Assembly: GCA_907165135.1 (NCBI GenBank)
Contig: OU015567.1
Location: 15,624,001-15,688,000 of the forward strand
Length of the DNA stretch: 64,000 bases
Direction: 5' to 3'
From: Oikopleura dioica
Lineage: Eukaryota; Animalia; Chordata
The notes under the pieces are model-generated. The model did no database searches, was not told the DNA's origin, and saw only the letters and a program-made list of their open reading frames with translations. The position numbers and the translations under genes were made by a program. This document shows positions 1 through 12,700 of the stretch, piece by piece. Each line of letters begins with the position of its first letter. The first letter of the stretch is position 1.

Positions 1-537
1 TCATACGGATGAGTTGACGTTTTCGTATTTGCGTCTCGCGGTAGATTACGGCCAGCGCCAGATTTGGCGAACTTAACACGTTACTGTTGATTATCGAGAA
101 TAAGAACCCCACTGACTTTTCCGCTCAATGAAAAGTTAAACTCTTCTTTTTTAACCCATCTGCACCGATGGGCCAAAAAATTGCCCTTTTTGAAAAGAAA
201 GCAAAAATAAGACTTTCTGATTTGTTGATGTTAATCTTATTAATTGTCCAATCAAAATGGCTGATTTTTCGGAAATTTTGAATTTTTAAACATGGCGCCA
301 GAAATGAAGCTTTCTTATTGGGCGATAGAATTTTCATGAATCTCCCAATCAGACATCTTTTTTCGGCGATTTTTTGAAGCTGAAATTGTGCCTTTTGATT
401 GGATTGATAATTTTTTTTTGTCATCCAACCAAAAGGCTTTCTTTCGGCGCCAAATTCAAAATTTATATTCCCGCGGTATCAAAATAAATATTGAATAAAG
501 CGAGAATTTTGAGGAAAGATAATTGTTTGTTTCTTAC

Positions 538-709
538 ATTGGTTTTTTGATCGTATGTCGCCGGAACTGATCTCGGGTTGATCTGCAAAGCTGCGTCGGG
601 GGAACGTGAGCATCCACTGCTGCAAGATTGAGTTGGGTTAACGATAGCACAAGAACTCGGCGCATTACCTGTTGTTCACGGGACGCTCGGAGGATGATCC
701 CCGATGAGC
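538..709 (-). CDS. Two internal exons (709-669, 619-538) of an unidentified minus-strand gene
   Basis: AG/GT-bounded, phase-compatible exons reading ..SSGIILRASREQQ|QWMLTFPRRSFADQPEISSGDIRSKNQ. No recognisable domain. Confidence 0.35.
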
Positions 710-1047
710 CTGAAATTCGAATTACGATTTGGCTCGAAACGTTGCGACGAAACGCATTTACTAGCGAGAATTGTGAACAAGTGCTCGTTTTTTGGACTAA
801 TTTGGTTTTCGGGGCTTATTGAAACTAAAATTGTAATGATTTGAAAAGGTGAAAATCCATCGTGAAAAAAGTGGACCAATGAAACATTTTGTCGTGGATG
901 GATTCATGAAAATAATACTGTATTACTGTCAGTAAAAAAAAACGAGTAAACGAGTAAAAAAAATGTCTTCATTAAGATAAGAGAGTGACACCCTTATTTT
1001 ATTTAGAGAGAAGCTAAATATTTTCCTGAAACAAAAGTTAAGAGGTG

Positions 1048-1203
1048 AAAAAAATAAGGGTATCACTTTGTTTTGGCTCGGCAAGCTGTCTTGAAAACCT
1101 GAGTCAGGGTCCCGAAAAAGCTTAGCGGCTATGCTTCGAGGACCCTGACTCAGGTTTTCTACACAGGTTTTCGAGCCAAGACATAGTGATACCCTTATTT
1201 TTT
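1048..1203. mobile_element. Composite palindromic MITE: AAAATAAGGGTATC arms around a CCTGAGTCAGG-core element
   Basis: The left arm aaaaaataagggtatcact and right arm agtgatacccttatttttt are reverse complements. The inner arms ggctcggcaa..aaaacctgagtcagggtcc / ggaccctgactcaggtttt..cgagcc are also inverted repeats. Confidence 0.75.
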
Positions 1204-3404
1204 CTTGCCAAATATTTGTTTGAGGAAATTTTTTGCAATATTTTGCTCCATTTGAGGCGATTTTTTTCCTTTGTTAGCTCAAAATCGCTGAAAAACTGTT
1301 CTACAGTTTTAGAGAAGCGTTCTAATTATGTGTTCACAAGAATGGGAAATCTATTTTGGGCTGATTTGTCGCTAGTTTAATGCTTTTCCGAGTCCTGTTT
1401 GGCCTCACGTAAGCAAAATAATTGAAGCTAAAACAAAATCTATTTTTATATTCTTGGTACATCATTAAAAAAGAGGGATTCGGGGCAACCCAATTAAGAG
1501 CTTTTTCTAGCGAAAAAAAAAGACGAAAAAAGAGCTCTTGTGAGAAACAATTACAAAAATTAAAACAAGTGCTTTTTTCAAGAACGAAGTTCATTCGAGA
1601 AAAATGATTTTTGAATTTAGAAATGATCAAGTGTCGCATCAATTTCAGATTTGAAGTTAAGTTTGATGAGAGTTGGTTTTCAGTGTAGAAATTTTGATCT
1701 GTCGGATCATGCAGAAGGCGCCGGTCACGTGGTCGAGAGGGAGGAGTTTTTGGGACTGAGGTGGTGGAGTGACAGTGATTTGGACAGCTGCAGTGCGAGA
1801 TTTTTGGGGAATCGGCGATTTTAGTTGATTTTTGGGGCTTTTCTAGGTTAAAATGCGACAATTTTGACCAAAATTTTAGTCAAATTTTGGACCAATCAGA
1901 TGTCTGCGCTCGGCTTGTCGGCCAATCAGATTCTTTCAATTTTTCAGCCATCTGATTGGTCGACCAGCCGAATGCGGACATCTGATTGGTCCAAAATTAG
2001 CTTAAAATTTTGGTCAAAATTGTCGCATTTTTTCGTCGACTCGTGCCTTTTCCCCCGCAAAAATGAATGTAGAAAAAGCTCGGTTGTATTAATTAAGGGT
2101 ATCCCTAGAATAATCATTGATTATCGAATGTGAAAAACTAAGAAAACCCCATTTGTTAATTTGCTTTTCGGAGCTTGAAAACTTTGTTGGCTTACGAGTT
2201 AATTATGGATCGAAAATGAGTGACTTGAATCATTCAATAATCTCGGGACGAATGATTGTTAGTGGCTTACACGTTGTTGCAACAAATATTTATTGATGTA
2301 TCCGTGGGAGTCAATTACCAAAATCAACTTATTAATGAAATAAGTTCAAATAGTAGCGGCTCCTTCATTATCAAAAAATGTCTCTTATTGTTTCTTAGAG
2401 GTTTCATTATCAAGAATGTTATTTTTGATCAAAAAATTTTAAAATTTGCATATTAAGGGTATCACAAGATTAAAGTTAATAAAACTCGGATGTCAAAATT
2501 TGGGTCCGAAACCCGTTTAACTAGGCAAAACCAAGAAAAGGGAGTGATTTTACGAATCTTGATTTTGATTGGCCGGTAGGCCGAATACTGCAAGTTTATT
2601 AGTCTTCGAAAAAAGCACTTCCTTTTGTTGGTTTAAGCCGTTCTACTGGATACCTGTGAAGAAATCCTGACTCAGGGTCCAAAAAAGTCAAAACAAAAAG
2701 CCGCAAAGCGGCCTCGGAAAGTGCCAAAGCCGCTTCGCGGCTTCTTTTTTCAAAAGCCGCTACGCGGCTTTTTATTCAAACTTATTTGGACCCTGACTCA
2801 GGAAATCTTGACAACTAGCCGAACAAAGGTGCTTGTTTAGTAAAGTAAATCTTAGATAATTTTTTTGGGCAAGAAAGTTCACGAATACAATTTTTGTTGA
2901 TTCAATTTTGTTGGCATCTGAGAACCGTTCCGTTGCGCGAAATAACTCTTTCCGCGAAAATCACGTGCTCCGTGAACACGAAGCTGCTACGTTTGAAATT
3001 GTGATTTCTTACGATTTGTTTGCGCTCGATCTCCGGCTGGAGCTGGACGACGGCTTCCTCTGAAAGTAGAAATTTAGGAACGTTACTTGCTTTTTCAACT
3101 TTTGGAAAAATAAACGCGCCTCTCGGCCTTGTATAAATTATCTCTTAATTTCGATGGATCGAACGTAACGAAGCCCATGTCAAAACTTGTTACAGCCGCT
3201 GAATAATGCCAAAAATCAGACACTAAAATAAACCGAAGGGTAATACGCTTTTCGCTGTTAAAAGATACAAGATCCAAAAATTAAATAGACAGACAAGAAC
3301 TGAACCTATAAGAACTTAAAACTTGATCTTTTGCATAAGGAATGGATACCCTTAAATTCTTTAGAATAAAGCTCTTTTTCCACATATTTTTCTCTTTTAC
3401 ATTA

Positions 3405-3625
3405 CCTCGGCAACCTGTGTAGAAAACCTGAGTCAGGGTCCTGATAGAGCTTTCATGAAAGCCGCGTAGCGGCTTTTCTACGAATAAAGCGGCTTCGCCA
3501 AAATTTCAATCTTGTTCTATTTTTACTCTTTTAGAGCCGCTTTGGGGCTATTTTCTAAGCGGCTTTCATCAAAGCTCTTTCCGGACCCTGACTCAGGTTT
3601 CCTGCACAGGTTGCTGAGCCTAGGG
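3405..3625. mobile_element. Representative copy of the most abundant MITE family (TIR ~ GGCTCGGCAACCTGTGTAGAAAACCTGAGTCAGGGTCC)
   Basis: About 35-40 bp terminal inverted repeats with internal AAAGCCGC/GCGGCTTT palindromes. Other full or partial copies lie near 1075, 2650, 6140, 8170, 8615, 17450, 18240, 18965, 19255, 21893, 28020, 29956, 35430, 38055, 45404, 48880, 52892 and 57180 (approximate starts). Confidence 0.85.
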
Positions 3626-4727
3626 GAAAAACCCTGTGTTTGACCCTGTTTACAAGTTTCTTAGCCCAGAATGTAAGATTTAACCCAATTCGAATTTCTT
3701 CATAACTTTTGTTTTTTTGGAAACTTGTCGAAAAAAAGACGATTATGTTATAAAATCGTAACAAAGAGGCGATTAGGAGTTCAATAAACCTTCGCGCTAT
3801 CCGCTTGGTAAACTTGCGGCTGCTTCCTTTTAGAAAAGGCATTCGCGGCGGAGGTGGCGTGATGTACTTTTTGTTGATTGAAAATATCAAAAATGAACCT
3901 GATAGAGTAATCGCCACAACTAAGTGAACATAAGATAGCAGCCGAGAAAAGCGCTTCTAAACGCAACCAGGGCCAGAGATAAAAACGCTTTTATCGAGGC
4001 AGGGGATAAATACACGCCTCTTTTCAGAAGAGCCTTGTCGAAAAGAGACGATAATGGCTTCTGAAATCAATCTTAACCTTTCGAAGTCATGTTCGATTTT
4101 CAAAAAAACACCAAAAAACAAGTTTCCCGCGAATCACGATTTTTTTCTGCAGCGATCTTGTCGGTGGCAAAATCCGCGAAAATAACAGCTTCGAACGTGT
4201 GTTTAGTGCCAGCTCAGCACGTCGCAAAATTGAATTTCGCCTCGCTTTTTTTAATTCGTGTGTTTTTTGCTGCTCATTTTCGGGTCAACTCAATCTCATT
4301 TTTAAAGCAAACTAGCCCCATTCTAGTGAGAAACGAATTTACTGCCAGACGGAGCAATTTCATTAAAAAAGGATTGATTTTTTGTTGCTTTTTAAAATTA
4401 AGGGTACTACCTAGGATAACCCCAATGACCGGAAAGGTTTATATAATAGATTCTTCATAAAATTCTGACCAAAAAAATTCGTGCAATTAGATTCCGAGCA
4501 CAAGAAGTGGCCCCATTGGAACCACATTTAAAAATAAATGCCTCGCTGAAACGGTCAGATTCGGTACCTGCTGAATTTTTTTTGCGTTCATCTTTATCGA
4601 TTAAAAAATGGTATAAGCTGATGGAAACACCCCACTGAAGAGCGATATAGTGAATAATACTGGAAACATTTTTCATATAAAATCGAGCGTTTCCGCTAAA
4701 GTTTATTCACTTCAGTGAAACGCAAAT

Positions 4728-5225
4728 ATGGCAAAAATAGTTGATTTGACGAAGACGATGATTGAGATCTTCAACGAACACGCTGGTGATGACGAAATGC
4801 TTTCCAAAGAAGAGCTCTTGAAAATGATGGGTCAAGGTAAATTATCAAAGTGCTTAAATTTTCTTCAACAACAAGCTTTAGAAAAGGACGACATGTTTTC
4901 CTCCAAATACATTTCTAATGCGCTCATGACCGTGTTGGTCGAGGGCCTCGACGAAAAAATGTCCTTCAATGAATTTATCGAGTTCATGGCTTTCATCTGC
5001 GCCCTCATCGAGGCGGAACCGCAAGACCATTCAGACGGTCCTTGGATTGAGAGCAGAACAAAACCAGAACCAGGCACCCCAGAATATGAAGAAATGAAGC
5101 TACAAGAGGCACTCGAGAAAATTAAGAAATTCATCGCAAAACACTTCGGCCCAAAGAAGAAGAAAGACTTTTATGAAACCAACTTCGGGAAATTTGTCGA
5201 CTCAATTGCAAATGCCGGATTCTAA
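4728..5225 (+). CDS. S100-like EF-hand protein with a C-terminal extension; one 39-nt GT-AG intron (4837-4875)
   Basis: IEIFNEHAGDDEMLSKEELLKMM resembles S100 helix I / pseudo-EF-hand / helix II, and MSFNEFIEFMAFICALI resembles the S100 DFQEFMAFVAMV segment. Removing the in-frame intron gives 43 residues from KEEL to FNE, versus 44 in S100B as recalled. Confidence 0.75.
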   Translation: MAKIVDLTKTMIEIFNEHAGDDEMLSKEELLKMMGQGKLSKCLNFLQQQALEKDDMFSSKYISNALMTVLVEGLDEKMSFNEFIEFMAFICALIEAEPQDHSDGPWIESRTKPEPGTPEYEEMKLQEALEKIKKFIAKHFGPKKKKDFYETNFGKFVDSIANAGF

Positions 5226-8079
5226 GAAACTCAAAAATAAAAAAAAATTTAAGAAAAAATTCTCATTTTATTCGCAAAAAAAATTGGACCCTTCCAGTTC
5301 ACAAACAGTCAGGGCAAATTGTGAGTATCATCACTTTTCGTAAACACTTCTCGAACAAGATCTCTATTGCCGCCGAATCCCTGATTCTTAATTTTTAAGG
5401 ATTTTCACCTGTTTCTGAAAAACCATATCGTCGCTCGAAAAAGTCTCATTTTTTTGTCAAAATTATCGGCCAAAATAGTCAATTCCCGCCGCTATCCCGA
5501 ATATCAGGGCCAATATCTCGAATTCTGATAAAAATTATTCTTTCTAGTAATTTTTCGATTTACGGAACTTCAAAAAATGAAGATACTTGGTTTATCAAAA
5601 TGTTTATTTGACCCTTTCCAGTCCGCAAAAAAAGAGGTTGAACCGTGTTCGCAATTTGCATAATTTGTCAAGTAAAAGTTTGTTTGAAAAAATAGAGTGC
5701 CAGATTGGATAGTTCAGTGATAGCGTCAAGCTTTGAATACGTTTGGTTCAAACAAATGAGCTGCTTTTCCGCGAAGCTGGGCCGAGATAAGCTTCTTTAT
5801 GAACTGTTTTTGGCGAAATAAATATCTTCCTAAATTGAGCCGAAAAAAGCGCCAAAATTAGAACTCGACTTGGAAAAGAAAAATGTTTTTTTAACGAATA
5901 AGTACGAAATGTTCACCTTAAAAATTTGAAAATTTGCATTTGCAAAATTATCGAGCCATAATTAGACCAGCCTCAGATAAGCGCTTATCAAAGACGTTGG
6001 GTTGTAATGGCGAGTTCCATTGGTTAGCTCTGTAAGTTGTATCATGCTTCTAAAATTCCACAGCACTTATGGCGCTAAATACGGGCTTTGTTATTTCTAA
6101 TTATGACGAAAAATGGGAAGAAATTTTCGCCAATATTTGTGTAGAAAACCTGACTCAGGATCCCAAAAATACGAAAATTTTTGCGGTGGCGTCTTGAACC
6201 GACAAATAAATTTCGAGTAATTTTGCGCTGGCGGCTACTCCGCTGCTGATTGGCCGGTTAGCCAGCAACACACTTCTGATTGGTTGGAAATTTTCACGCT
6301 AAATTTGTCGAATTTTTTTTGTCGGTTGCAGAAACCTCCCAAATTTTTGCGATAATTTTTCCTTGAATCTGATTGGCTTATCCGCCGAAAGCAGTGATCT
6401 GATTGATTAAAAATTTTTCCACATTTTTTTGGAAAAACCGCTCCGCGTCTTTTTATTTGAACGGTTTTAGGACTCTGAGTCAGGTTTTTTTCACAGGTTT
6501 CCGAGTCAGGACTATGTTCTTTGTTTTTTAATTGTATTTTTCTCCTATTTTCAAAAGGAAAAGAAATGAAAATCTAAAAAAAGCGCCGCGTAACATTTTC
6601 TTCACTCGATAATTGATCTCGACATGCTGTGGCTGTGCAGCGGAAATGCACAGACAGAACTGTCGAGATTTTGCCTTGTAGAAGTAGTTCTGCTAGAGCC
6701 GATGTCATCTCTTGCGAGATCAATCAAAAACTCGCGGTCTTATCTCGCTTCCCCAGCCCCGTGGAGAAACTATTCATCAGAATTGCTTTCTTATACGATT
6801 AAGATTTTCGCTTTTTTGAAAAAGGGTTGGAAAAAATCAATGGAAAAAATAATTGATTCAAAACCAAAAAAAGAAGCGTCCTACTTTCTAAAATTTGACT
6901 CAGTTTTTTTTTCTAGTGCTAGAAACGCCCATGTCTGCCGGAAGTTCCAGAAAGCTCTAAACACTAGCAAGTTGCCCCGGACGTATTTTTTAGCCACCTG
7001 AATTGAAATTATTTCCGCCGGTGAGCTTATTTCCCCCTCAGCGACACAATTCAATGTCAAAATATTCGTTTTTTGAGAAAAATAAGATTTGACCTGCGAA
7101 CTCGATGATTTTTTTTCTTGCCTAAGCAAGAATCGGAAAATCGGATAATAAGGGGCCTGCGCGAGTCTAGATCCCCGCGCATGATCCAAAATAACGAGCG
7201 TGGAAATTCAGTGATTTCTCCGTAATTTTAAGGGCTCAAGTTCATGACGAGCCGCCAAAGAAGGGGAAAAGATAACAAATGATTGCGACGGGGGATTTTT
7301 CGGAGAAGATCATCTTTTGCTCGTTGGAATAGTTTTTTGCCCATCAATTTCGTTTTCTTTTTACAAAAACGACTTTTTTGTGTTCATTTTTTTGATTGGA
7401 TGAAAAATAAGCGGCTGGTGGCGCTATTCAATAAACAGCGCCATCTGTTGCTCTCTGATTGGTCAAAAAAATTTTAAGTTATTTTTTTTTTCAAAAGCTT
7501 ATTTTGATTGGTCAGAAGCTCACCCGCATGATGGCGCTTTTCTGGTAAAACCGCTTGATTATGCCATCTGATTGGTTCATTTTTCTTCGTATAAAAATGT
7601 GAGTTTTAGTTATTTATTTCAATTTTTGTCATAGTGAAAAATATTTTTCTGAAAAAATTGTGTTACAATTGCAATTCCGAAGTTGCGGTCTCCCGCCGGA
7701 ACTTGGAACCGTGAGGGGATTGCCGCATTCTTCGGGCGACCATCTAATCTACTCACTAATGGATCACATCAGCTCCAGGGAACCACTAAAGCTGTTCCCG
7801 TTTTCAGGATTCGATGGAGCTCCTCCCTTAAGCTTTCCTGTAGTTTTTAAAACAAATCGCCACTTTCTGACTTTCCCGCCAAAATTGAGCCGGAAAAGGA
7901 GACTCAAAAAGTGTCAGTTTCGCGGAGCCGCGTCGCACAAAACCTGTTCGTTAAGGGAGTAACAACCGGAAGAAGAGATAGTTTGATATTTCAGCCAGCA
8001 AGGAGAAAATTATGCAAGGGCAATTTTAGTGATTTTCATTTGAATCACGAATTCTGACTCACGAATATTTTTTGATTAA

Positions 8080-8117
8080 GGACCCCCATCAAAAATTACG
8101 AAAAATGATGGGGGTCC
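8080..8117. mobile_element. 38-bp minimal TTAA-flanked element (GGACCCCCATCA...TGATGGGGGTCC)
   Basis: Perfect 12-bp TIR with TTAA directly on both sides (8076-8079, 8118-8121). Same termini as the longer copy at 12434. Confidence 0.7.
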
Positions 8118-9775
8118 TTAAAAATAGAAATAGGTCTTTGAATCCGTGTTTCTCGATGAGCTACTGCATCTGGGCTCGAAAACCTGTATAGAAAGCCTGA
8201 GTCAGTGGCTGAAAAAAACCACGCAGGTTTTTTCGAAGCCTGAGTCAGGTTTTCTACACAGGTTGTCGAGCCCAGCTACTGAATATCGAAATAGGATGAA
8301 GTCGAATTTTGAGAAAGCCAAAAATAGCCGCCGATTTCTTTAATTTTAAAGGTTCTATAATCCGAAATCGAGACAAGCGCGAGACGGATTTTGAGCCGGT
8401 CCACGGACGAAAAAGTCAAGAGTCGGAATTTAGAAGCACACGCTTTATTGAACCACGAGATTTATTGACCAATTACAGGATTACAGATCCTTATCGATCT
8501 TCGTTTACGTAGACAGCGTATTTTATCAACTGATATTGAAAAAAATGCTGATAAGAATAAAGAAGGAAATTAAGGTTCCTCCCTTAATTATTTTTTCTAA
8601 AGAATTTTGAACTAGGCTCGGCAACCTATGAAGAAAACCTGAGTCAGGCTTTGCAAGAGCTCAACTTAAAAGCGTCTCTTTGAGAGCCTGACTCAGGTTT
8701 TCTACACAGGTTTCCGGGGGTGGTGCCAGGAACCGACAAAAAATTCGACAAATTCTGCGTGGGGGGCTACTTGGCTGCTGATTGGCCGGTTAGCCGAATC
8801 TGGGCTTCTGATTGGCTCAAAATTTTCACGCAAAATTTGTCGAATTTCATCTCCCAATGTTCCATGAATATTTTTGCTGTACCGATTCGCCTCCACCTAG
8901 GAGCATTCTGAGTCCGATAAAAATCAGTGTTTAGGCTACAATTTTCGGCTGACGATACCTCGCTCCCTCGGTCGCTATCTTTGACCAGTAACACCAAGAT
9001 CTTGGTATGTTCTACACGTGGCGATACTCTTTTTATATATTTATTTTATCACTTTACCGTAACTTCCCCTGTTTTCACTAGCGATAAATACTGCTTTCCC
9101 GGGGGTTTTCGAAGGTACTGTATAAAAAGTGCTTACATTAGTTGGCGCTTTATCGGGCCAGTTGTGTATAAACAGGATCTCCGGGGCGAATTTTTAGAGA
9201 GGGTTTTTTCGGCAACAAGATCCTTACTGTATTCTTTGACCCCTAGCTTAAAATCAGCGGGTTGGTTGATTTCAGGAAAATGACTTATAAAACGATTTTT
9301 TTTAAATTTAAGGGTGTCTGCATATTATCACTGTTTTGGACAATTTGAAGGTGATAGCTTAAGGGTATCCCAAGACTAATTTATTTTAACTCTAGAATTC
9401 TTCTAGGGCTACATTTACATACCTTAATTTTCGGGGCCCTTAAGGGTATACGGATAGAAAATGCTGTTTGAAAAATCGGACAAAAAAGGGGGGGTCCTTA
9501 ATAAAGAACAGTTTTTTGACAAAACATTTTTGCTCATCGTTCATCAATTATCAGAAGAAACGTGAATAGTCAGGGAGTTTCCCTTTTAGAGAAAAAAAAT
9601 ATTTTGTGGATATTGACATTATTGTATCCGGTGGGTTTATGTAGCCTGTCGAATATGCGAGTGGATTACTCCAGGCTTATCCCCGACATGCACCTGTCCT
9701 CACGTTCGACTAAAGTTCTTCTTCTCGAAAAAAAGTACAGAAAAATTGACAAATTGACAACTTCAGTTTTCTTAC

Positions 9776-12700
9776 CTGGCTTCACTTCTTTCACCGGCGG
9801 TTTTCCAGCAACGAGGAAGTTTCTAGTGCCATCAGAGTCTCTTCGTTCCTGATTAACGTTGTCCAACGAGCTTTTCCGCGATCTTAAGAATCGTTAACAG
9901 GCGCGAAAAACAAAACTTTCGCTGTTTTTCACAAGTATTCAAAATTGTAGAACAAAAAGTTTCACTTTGAAGCAAAATACTTTGCTCAAAACAATTTTAC
10001 AAGAAGCTTTTCTTTTTTTACCAGGAACACTCTTTTTAAGACTATCAACAAAATTGTTAATCGAAAATTGATATCGATAGGTCCAAAATTGTCGATCAAA
10101 ACATCAAAAAAAGAACCCAAGATTTCAGATTTAGAATTGACAAAAATCAGCAGGCTTAGCTCAAAATTTAGCCGGGCTAAGCTTGGCTAAGCAAGTTTTA
10201 GACAAAAAGAAGCAAGGCTCAGCTGAATCATTATCCCGACTCAGCCTAGAAATCTATTTTTGCTGGGCTAAGCTAACTAAGGCCAGAACCGAGCTCGGCT
10301 AAGTTGATTTTTTTCAGCAAAATTGAGCTCAGCTCAGCTAAGAAATTTTGCAAATTTGGCTCAGCTTTGCTAAGTTCGATATTTTCCTGAAAAAAGTCAG
10401 CTTGGCCAACATCGATTTCTCAGTCTGATTGGTTCATTCCGCACTAAATTCAAAGGATCAGGTGATCTTTGGCCCTTTTTTCCGAAGCTTTTTTGACAAT
10501 CTTGGATCAAAAAATTTTGAATTTAAGATGCTGCTCTTCTCAAAGAAAGTACCGTTTTTCTGCTCCGTCCAAATCGATCGAGTTCTGACTTCCGAGAGTT
10601 CCACGAGAGCTGCTTCGCGAAATATTCCGCAGTTTTCGTTCTTGAAGATGATGAAAAAACGAGTTCAAAAATGACTTTTCTTAACTCCTAATTTCGAAAC
10701 AGCAATTTCGAAAAAAAGCAATTTGCAGCTTTCTTTTTGATGCCGCTTTTTAGATGACATTAAACAATAGGAAATCCATATTGTTACTTAAAAGACACAG
10801 CGCGATTCTATTTTACGTTTTAGAACTCTAAATAAGTTGGAAAAACGTCTCTCCTACCAGATGGCGACAAGGGCGCGTCTCTTTCCTCCTCGGAAGATAC
10901 TGCTCGCCCGGACTGTTTTTCCGTTTCACGTGGCTTTTTTTCTGTTTTCAAAATATATTTTTTATAAAAAGTCTTTCAATGAAAAATACGATCTTTTTTT
11001 AAATTTTCTTTTGATCATAAATAGAGCAATTTCAGCGATTTAACCACGATTTCCGATCGTAGCCAATAAGAAATCAGATTTTAAGGAAAGACGGCGCAGT
11101 TTAAAGAACAGCGCCACCTGTCAATTTTTTGGAAAGACCCAGCAATGGACAATTTTTGAACGAAATATTTTCAAAAAACTTTCATCGAATCAAATTGCTG
11201 TCTGCGGATTCTGAGCCAATCAGAAGTCAATTGCTTTTTGCTCAAAATTTTCTTGCTTGAAAAGTATCGCTTCAAGTCGATTCTAGATCTTTGATTTTGG
11301 CCAATCAGAAATTGGTAGAAATGAGAAGGTGGCGATATTTTCGAAACAGCGCCATCTCGCGAGTTCAATTCCAAAATTCTCGAAATAGAAATACTTGCGA
11401 GAAAATTGAATGTTCAAAAGAAGCTCTGAATGGCAGGTTTTTTGATTGCTGTTTTGAAAGGGCGGGCCCTTAATGATTTGTTGATCAATTCAAATCGGCA
11501 AATCTGTAATTGCGAAGAACTGCTCAATTAGAGATCTGGATAAAGAAAGTGAAAATAAACGGCTTCTATTTTAAACGTTTTTCAACGTTTTGAAAATTGT
11601 TCCAAAACAAATCATCTCGAAAACACTCTCCTGAACAATCGGCAGCGAATCAGCAGTCACGTCCATAACTCGATCCGGATCAACACGTAAAACTGAGCCG
11701 GGAGCAATTCGCAGTTCCGGGCTGATACGTTTTTTCGCTACCTTTTCGAGCGCTTCATTCTTGAGCGAAGCCTCCTCTGACGATCCAGCATCGAGCGGCA
11801 GTTCCGCTCCCGGCCGGACGTTCCAGCGCGCCGCCGGGACTGATGACTCCAAAGGAAATCATTAAAGATCCAAGAAACCGTCATTTTAGGACGTTTTTAA
11901 AAATAGTGTTTTCCATTCCTCTGGGTCAATTTCCCGACCACGGGAGCTTCGGCGAGAAGAGGGGGAGCCAGAAACGAGGAAATTTCGAGTTCCCTCGGAC
12001 TCTTTTCGAATCGGTTCGTAAGATGGCTTTTTGGGAGATAAAAAAAACTATCGAAATTACCATGGAGTTGAGCTCTAAGTGGAGATAGGAGAATCTGAGC
12101 GACCCTGGCCCTGAGAGTCGCTCAATGTGGAGCGCGCGCAATTTCGCGGCAAGAGCAGCTAGTCATCGCAAAAAACCTTGTCGGCTCTCTGATTGGGTCA
12201 GGCTTTCCAGATTCTGTTCTTCAGAATCTCGAGACTGCTCTTAGCCGCCGTGCATGCGTTAAAGAAATTTTCTAGACTTCCCCGAAAGTAATTTGCGCGG
12301 GGTACGGGAAAGAGGGCCAGGGGCTTTCTCCACTAAGAGTTAAACTTCATGGTATCTGTTTTCCTCTTTTTTTGAAAGAAATTTCAAAAAAAGACCCTTT
12401 TTTTATTTTTTCGATAAATTTTTAAGGCTTTAAGGACCCCCCGTCAGCTTTTTTCGAAAAATCAAATTTTGGAATTTTAAAATTTTGACCCCGGAAATGG
12501 ATTCTACAGGTCAAAAAACGATTTTGAGGCCTTATTTTTTGGGGGTCTATCTCGACTCTAACACCCTCAAAATTGCGTTTGAAAATTGGACTTTTCGCCA
12601 AAAATTGACAAATTTGCCCCAATTTTGGCAGAAATATTGATTTTTCCTGGTCAAAACTTCCTCTTATCACGTTTTTGTAGCAAGTTTAACCTAAGGACGC

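Noticed and set aside
4865-5134. Antisense ORFs over real exons (also 28978-29217, 30247-30486, 41360-41872, 51146-51745, 55746-56057, 60551-60844)
   Set aside because: They are shadows of coding sequence on the opposite strand, with no independent support.
8702-8997. Short ORFs inside CCAAT palindromic MITEs (also near 38733-39126, 43519, 47916, 48549)
   Set aside because: They are translations of repeat sequence.
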